Source: Setoptus koraiensis (Eukaryota > Animalia > Arthropoda). From it: a DNA stretch of 64,000 nt. Below, in pieces: positions 56,281 through 64,000 of the stretch (positions within the stretch are counted from its first letter, which is position 1; each line of letters begins with the position of its first letter). The stretch is taken from the NCBI GenBank assembly GCA_048013815.1, contig CM106585.1:3038001-3102000 (forward strand), in the 5' to 3' direction. The position numbers and the translations under genes are program-made. Below the pieces are notes generated by a model, which saw only the letters and a list, made by a program, of their open reading frames with translations, had not been told where the DNA came from and did no database searches.

Positions 56281-59200
56281 GGTATTGTACCCTGATTCCA
56301 GAATAGGTAATCCGGAAGTGCGGAAATTGTCAGTTCTCGAGATAACCGACATACCGCTAGGGAGGCGTTTATCGATACCCGACGACCGCTAGCAGTTTCC
56401 GGGGCATTTTTTGAGGTATTTTGAGTACTCATGTGTAGGAAAACTCATTAGGAACCGATCTGGTGGTCTTGCATTAGCTTGCTTAAGTCCTGACAAGTTT
56501 TGATAGCAAAACTGTTGGTTAAATACTCCCTAGCGATTGGGAGACTGCGGGCTTACACAATAATGTTGACGAACAAGCTGTACGTCTCTAGATACCAACT
56601 GACTATTTTATGACACCGTAGACTGTAACGGTTTTAGTTGGTTGTGTGCTACCGAAAAAGAGAAGAACCAATAACACTTTTCTGTTGTGTTATCGTTGAG
56701 TAACGGCTCATGGCGAAAGCCTCTATTATCAGGCGCTATTGCATGGCGATCGATCTTTTTTGTCACTGCTGTTGCCACATATATAAATATACAAGTATAT
56801 AGTAAGGGATTGGTCTTACACGTACATGACTATTGGCAAAGTAGCGTGCAAAGCAGTAATTTTTCGAACATGTCGTCGTCACAGTCATCGTTTGTTGAGT
56901 CGATTTATCGATAAGACAGACCCCGAGTCACATCATTATTACGTGATAACGGTGAATATAACGGCAGCAACAACTACGACTACAACAACAACAGCATTAG
57001 AGTTATGGATGCTCTGATTGTACGAATGAGGCCTGCTATGAAAATAGTCAATCGATAAAGAATGAGTTTAGATGGCTAGATATGACATAAGTAGTGCCTT
57101 TGAAAGCGGCAAAAATAACTATTGGCCACCATTGGCCATCGATCAATTGACGCCACACGATTAAGGCATTGAACACTTGAAGAGGCTGTTGATACTATCA
57201 TCCAACTGAATTGTCAGCTGCTGAGCGTCATTGATCTGCAAAAGAGATGAAGAGACCAACCGCTTCCCACAAAAATAGATAGTTGCAACGTCACAGTAGT
57301 TTAAGATGATTAATCTCGATCCATGTCGAATGATGGTGCCTCTTGCTCTTGAGAAATTCTCTATGGTAATTTGTGTAACATGCAGGATTGCCCTGAGCGA
57401 TCGGCCTCACTTGACCAACAACAAACCACTATTCGATCCGCATGAAACGATTGACTAGAATGATGAACTGACCTTTGTTTGAGCTTTGACTCATCGAGCA
57501 ATGAAATTATTGCATTGAAATTTGTCTCTTATGAAATTTTTATGCAATTATGTCCAGTTCGATCAACTTTGCACTGTATTTATTTATACAGCGACCCTGA
57601 ATCAGTTAGTTGTTGCCGGATGCAAACTGTGAGCCTCTTTTTTACCCGGTGTGATTCTCATTGGTGTTATTTGAGCAAAAACAGATCAGCATAACACATA
57701 GTTAAATTTAAACAGTCGGATAGCTAGGGATGGGCCAACTGCTAGATAGCGCTCCAAATAACTCGCGGCAGAATCACTCTCGTGTGGTGTTCGTGGCGAA
57801 AGGGAAAAAAAAGAAGCACGAGCAGAGAGGAAAAAATTGTTTGCTGCTCATTACATAGTGATCACCATGTAATGAGCAATCAGCCTGCTGATCCATCTAT
57901 TTCTTCGTTCTCTATCTATATAAGTAGAGAGATAGGGGGCTGCATTCTCTTTTTTCCATGACATCATCAGCTTCTATTGATATCATTCCATTTCTATTGA
58001 GTGGTTGCATGGACAAAAGTTTTCAAGTTTCGTTAGTTCTTGGCTAGTCAGCCTTGGCTATTTGTCACTCGATGTTGGTAGTCTTGTATTTAGGTTTTTT
58101 TTGAAGCTATGGCATGAGTTTTCGATTGGCCAATCTTGAGTTTTTCCTCTATTTGGTATTTTCCATTCGTAAATAGTTCAGCCTCTTGCCACTCTATGTG
58201 GGCCTGGGTTCGTTTCAGAAAAGAGGACACAAACTATACTAACGAACAACAGCAACATCTAACGACGCCGGTGACAGTACAGCAACAGCATTGCCACGAT
58301 TAACCAACTCTGATATGATAATGGCTAAAAGTTGTAGCTCGCTAGTCGGCCTGTCGCTGAATAGAGTTGCAACAACGGGCTAGACGGCAAGACTTGCGGG
58401 CTTGCGACACACAAATGTATATTACATTATATAAAGTGGGGGCCTTTCGAAACTAGCCCGTTTTGTGAGTCAGAGTTATATTAATGCCGCAGCACAGCAG
58501 GCCAAGTTTGTGGTTGAATGCATCAAGAGCTGAGGGAAACCATACCAATAACAGCTTAGGCACAAAAGAGCTAACAGATCAGAAGGGGCCCAACAACAAA
58601 GTCTTGGGTGGTAATTGTGGTGTTGCCGGGAATGAGTTTGGGTTAGAGTTTTCGCCACTATGCACCAATTTGTGTGCCATCTAGCTGCACTGCAGTCTCC
58701 CTGTGATTATCTCATTGTGTTAATGGCTGGAGCAAGAACATAAGCGAGTTTTTCATTTAATTAACTTGTCGACCAACTAACGCGTTCCATTGGTTACGGC
58801 GGCGCTCATCGTTATCTCAATGCTGGAAGCTGAAGCAATTATTTTGCAAAACAACACGAGTCATGTGTGCGCTGTGAACAGAATTGGCCCCACCGAAACT
58901 AAACAGATTATTATTGTCATTTGAGAGGAATTGCGTCCCTCCGCAATGATTTTGATATTGAGCTGAAGAAAAAAAATTACAATCTTAGCAGCAGCTGCGT
59001 CACTTTAAGGTTTGCGTCTTCATCACCGTCAAGAGTGAAAGTCACACCAGACTAAATCAAGCGACACAAAAATTTGACACTTGACACATGATAGAGTTCG
59101 ATGAGCAAGAAAAAGCAATTTTTCTCACTTATTTCCATTGAGATTGTTGTTTTCGCTGTTGTTTTAGCAACCGAGTAAAGCAAAAAAGATCCACCCTCTA

Positions 59201-62200
59201 TCTATCGCGATATTATTGTGCTTTCTGCTTTTTTTTCTTTTTAATAACTGCAACCACCGCCACCACCATCACCAGAGTAAACTAACTAGGCGGAAACAAA
59301 GTTGTCAGTTAGACCAGGGTGCACGCCTTTGTTATAGAAACATCAGCTACATCAATTACCCTTGCGTTCACTCTAGTGATGATCATCCACACTCTCCAAT
59401 GGGCCTTCAGGTGACATCAGACTTGAATTGGGGACCTGACCTATCTCGGCACGAGCACTCTGTTTGATGCAGCAGAGACAAACACACAGGCGCAAAACAA
59501 CAACTGTGCAACCAACGAATAGTCACCTAGAATATATACGAAACTCAATCAAAAACAATCGCTTGATATAGCGCACAGTGACAACAACAGGCTTGATTCG
59601 GTGTAAATTACAGTGAGAATAATAATAAATCTCGTGCAAGCCAAATCCCGAAACGGCTGCTCTAGCATGCTTCCCAATCACCCTATATGCTGTGACCCAA
59701 ATGTCTAGTCCAGACTGTGTGTCTGTGTGCCTTATTTGCTTGCCATTAATCAACGAGCTGTATATTTGTGCAGCACGCTCGGTCTGATAAGAGCGCCACA
59801 ACGCTCTTCTCGTCAGCCGCAACTAAATTTTTATTTATAAATTCTGCTTTGACGCAGACTAAGGCAGCGTGGAGGGGAGGAAATCGGTCCTCCGTTCCAA
59901 GTCGCTATTGCTCGCATGGCTTGGTGCCGTGTTCGCAATATCAATCAATCGACAATACTGATCAATATGTGTATACTCACTATTAATATTCTAACTATCT
60001 AATTCGGGGATCGTGTTTCTGGCCTTGGGCATCGTGATGCTTAAATTAATTTGATTCGATGCCAAACTGTGATGCTACCCGTCTATACTGTCCCTATATG
60101 TATCTGATGGAAAGTCGACTGGAGCCCCAATCCAAAGCCGACCCCGAACGAATAATGATCGCATTGATGAAGTCTAGATGCTAATTAAATAATAGCCATG
60201 AAGCGATGGAACTAAAATAAAATGTAACCATCGAATACAGATAACACAGAGAGCAACGAATAGACAACAAAATATTATATGTACGAAGTTGCAATAGAAT
60301 CAGTTATAACTGACTGACACATTCATATATAAAATAGACAGGTAATACAATTGAACTATTGCTGCAGTTGGCAGAACTGACAAGAACTGGCCGGTTGGCC
60401 GACTGGATTGTTGATCCAGAGAACGAATACAATAGAAGAGAATAGAATAGAAGTGATGCGATGCGATAATTTATTAGAAAGCCCTCCCTTAGAAGAGGCC
60501 CCGAAGAAAAGTGAATATAAGCTTGTCTGCCTCTGACACAAATAACTTCAAGATGGTGAAGGAAGGAAATTAGATGAGTGGAAGAAACTAGCAATTTGGC
60601 AACCCTCAATTCAATTATAAATCACGGCAGAAGCTATCCGTTATTAGTGACATGGGCGCATTAGATCTGGTCATTCAAATGGTCTCATATAAAGGCGAAA
60701 AAGTTACCAAGACGACAGTGGCTGCTTCGGAGAGGAACTAGGTTAGCTTCTGTTTACTTTCTCACTGTGGCCATTGATTGAATAAAATATGGGCAAGCAT
60801 TGATCAAACTTCCAGTTCAATGCAGCATCATTGCCGCTTTGCTTCGCCCGTTGGTTGGTTGTTTACATAACAGTGGAAACCTTTTATTTGTATTAATATT
60901 CCAATATCGCTAGGTGCACGCAATCATAATTGTCACCTACATATACTGGTCATACTAACAATAGGAGTGAACAACAACTATGAGCCGTCAATGCAAAAGT
61001 GGGGCCCAACATTGTATGACGATACAACATGAACAAACATTCATAGGCGTTCTGTCTTTTTTGTAGTGCAACTATTTCTTTGACGGAGCTGCCTATCGAT
61101 TTTACTGTCGCTGGCCACACAGCCAATTTATATGCAAATGACGCCGGTAGCGTTAGCAAAGTGAGCCATTATTGCTAATTCTGAGGCTCCCATCGCTTCA
61201 CGTGATGCTGCTTTTGTGCTGGCTGGCCCCAGTGAATGTGTACACAACATTAACAAGTTGTAACCTCACTGTTGTTGTTGCTGTTGTTGTTGTTGAGTCG
61301 TCGTGCCAGTCAGAGCCACCACAGATGCACCTTTCATTCACTTGCATCGGAGTGCTGCCAACTTGCTCTGGGGCGACTTGTGGCTTCGATTATGGTTGCT
61401 GCTGAGAAAATAGTCCCTTCCACACACCATCCATTTGAAGGAAATTTGTTTTTGTCATTTTTGGCCCCTGGGTCGCAAATTGTAGTCGTTTTTTCTTTAT
61501 CTATGCATTCTGCAAAAGACGCTGGCAGAAACAAGAAGCCAGCTAGCAAGTAGCATTTAGCGTAAAACTTATGAATGATCAAATGGCATGATGAATTGAT
61601 GCATTGCATTGATCCAAATCTATTCAAAACGGAAAGTTACACCAGCGAACGAAAGCAAACAAACAAACATGCAAACAGCTATACGGATCCCACGACAACA
61701 ACAATAATCTCCCTATCTAAACTTTATTCAGAGCCTCTTTTTCAATATTCGATATTTACTCACCCTTTGCATCACTGGCTCTGTTCACTTGGTATTTGGG
61801 GACGGGTATGGAGCCAAGGCCCACTAACAGACACTATCAGCGTAGCCAACTTTTTAACTTGCAATGAGATCTGCTTGCATTGAATTGAATTTCGTCCACT
61901 GGCAGTCGGCCCTTGTTGTTGTCCGATCATCTGATAGGATGGAGCCACATGAATGTAGAAAAGAATCAATCAAGGTGAAGTCAACCAAGCGAAATGAAAC
62001 TATAAAATGGATTCTCTTTACTTTGCTCCTTTTGGATCATCTTTCTCATAAATGAAATTCTGTCACAGCTTTATATCCAACCATCACTCAATATATCTCT
62101 CACTCTCTACAATTGTGTATATCTACAATTTTTCTCGAACAAATTCAATGCGATTCATCTATAAGAATGGCAGAGAAAGAAAGAGATAAACATTCATCAT

Positions 62201-64000
62201 TACTTAAGCTGCCTGACAAAGCAGCATTTAGTGGCGTCACGTCAAATTGTGAGGCGTCCACATTGTGCGCTTCGTGGCGAAGCCTACCAAACCAAACGAA
62301 CACGGGCTCTATCTCTTTATAACCGGCTTATGTTCGAGCATAGATAAATTGTATAATGTTTTGATGCGGATCTATCTGAACTGGGATGGATAAGGGAAGT
62401 GGGGAGGGTGCCAGAAGAATAGTGAGTTAGTTGGCCAAATGGCCAACTAACTCACTACCTGGTATAGAAAGGAGGCGAAAGAAATAGCATCATGATGATG
62501 TTTTATCGTGTGCGGCCTGTGTGTTGCATCGGTACAACTATCAAAGTATTTTGCACTGAACAAACCTAGTCTAGTTTTGTTAGCAAACAAGATGCAAGAT
62601 CTAGATAGGAGATAGGCAAATATTAAGATATTTATCTCGCCATAACCACATCTGCACACACGCTGATAGACGAAGCAAAACAACCAAACCAGTATCTTTC
62701 TCTTCGCCATGAATTGACGCTCAGTGGATTCCTCGAAATATCACGACCCTCTATATGCGGTACGATGCCAACGAACGACTGGGCCCGAACACGTCGTTAT
62801 CATTGGTTATTCAGCTATGCTATGTGATACTGATTGGTGTTCGGCCTAGAACCTCTGATTTGAGGGTTTCTTTTAATGCAGTTTCCTAACAAAAGAAGCG
62901 CCCCTTTTCGCAGCCTCCAATTGAGTGATCTTATTTGTGGCAAGACAAGCTGGGGAGGTTAAAAAATGGTGCAGGTGAATACCACAAAAGGGTTGGCTAG
63001 GTCGCTGTTATTGTTGTCATTATTATTGTTCGTATTTGAGGCACTCTCGAAACGTTAATGATTATGGTTATTAATTCTCGCCTTTTGCAACTTATCGAAA
63101 CACTTCTTGGAGCCGATGAACATTTCGTTGCCTTTTGGCAAACAACAATGCGCCCAACAAATGAGAAATACTGAACGCATTGAACGACAACTCAGTGGCA
63201 AGTGGCAACTATTGGTTACCACGAGCTATCACGTGCTATGGAGAGCACCACAACATGACAGCGATAACAACAGCACAGATAACAACAATACCAGCACTGT
63301 CAATGTATTCACGTGCTGGTTGTGCTGCTTTTGTGAGGCAAACAATAACAGAAATGGTCGGCAGACAACACCATAAAACACGACAACAAAAAAGATCTGG
63401 ACATGTGTACAGTGACAGTGTTTTGTTCTTGGCAAATTTGCGACTGCAAACAGTCTCACATGCAAACTTTGACGTATCTATTCACCTAGCGGCTAGAGAC
63501 TCGCGTGTAGCCAACCAATGATTGTTCCGGTGGGAGAGCGCAAGTCGAAACAACTGTTGTTGATGAGGTAGCGAGAAGATTTCTCTGTTTCGTCTGTTTC
63601 TATTCATGCCTTGCACTTGTGCATGGAATGAATGTAGTAAGTTATATTTCAAGTAGTCTCCCAAATGTGATTGCTCCATCAAGGGCAGAAAAGGGTAAAA
63701 CACAGATAGCTAGCACCTCGTCAAAAGAGGGGTCCACTTGTACACACTGGCTCGACTTATGGCCATAACTTATCGGAATGGCCACTTTTAGCTAGATCGT
63801 AAGATGGCAACACAACGATCGTTGTGCCTTGTGAGTGATGGCTCATTTGTGTGACAGCTAGTGCGAGATGGTAATATAATGTGTGTCCAGTTTGTATGTG
63901 TGTTTAATTTAAATAATTGCTTTTGTGTATGTGCGTGCATTTAGGCACATTTATAGCGAGTGTCCGAATCGAGTGTTAGCCAAAATGGTCTGGCCAGCGC

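Noticed and set aside
56450-64000. Numerous 60-110 aa ORFs and CAA/GTT microsatellites
   Set aside because: No domain motifs, compositionally biased; consistent with intergenic or intronic host DNA. Small exons cannot be excluded without transcripts
1-64000. tRNA/rRNA genes
   Set aside because: None recognised; the only tRNA-related sequence is the 18-nt PBS

Overview
Eukaryotic (animal) genomic window, plausibly from a mite or other arthropod; this is an inference from gene content and composition only. Unique host-like sequence at both ends (1-5.3 kb, 56.5-64 kb) brackets a ~51 kb island of nested mobile DNA with two 500-N gaps. Host-type genes: a SUMO ORF whose tail runs into an AP-2 mu fragment, an intronless patatin phospholipase (PNPLA8-like), and a head-to-head pair of paralogous secreted Cys-patterned orphan proteins. 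The island contains: (i) an intact Ty3/gypsy-type LTR element (21014-28623; LTRs look identical, CGTA TSD, iMet PBS, -1 frameshift site) with a retrovirus-like dead-RNase H plus intact cellular-type RNase H arrangement and a 313-aa antisense ORF; (ii) a family of 0.8-1.1 kb TIR elements with GG termini and 8-bp TSDs (seven read directly) whose central GC-rich cassettes are hairpins with GNA triloops and tandem GA mismatches, nearly all on the same strand; (iii) many Helentron-associated (HINE/DINE-1-like) non-autonomous elements with a covarying 3' hairpin; (iv) PIF/Harbinger-like, Merlin and MULE transposase remnants, copia and gypsy fragments and a chromodomain-bearing LTR remnant; (v) a ~730-codon orphan ORF that reassembles in frame when two insertions are removed (possible endogenous viral gene). 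All homology calls are from motif recognition by eye; no searches were run.
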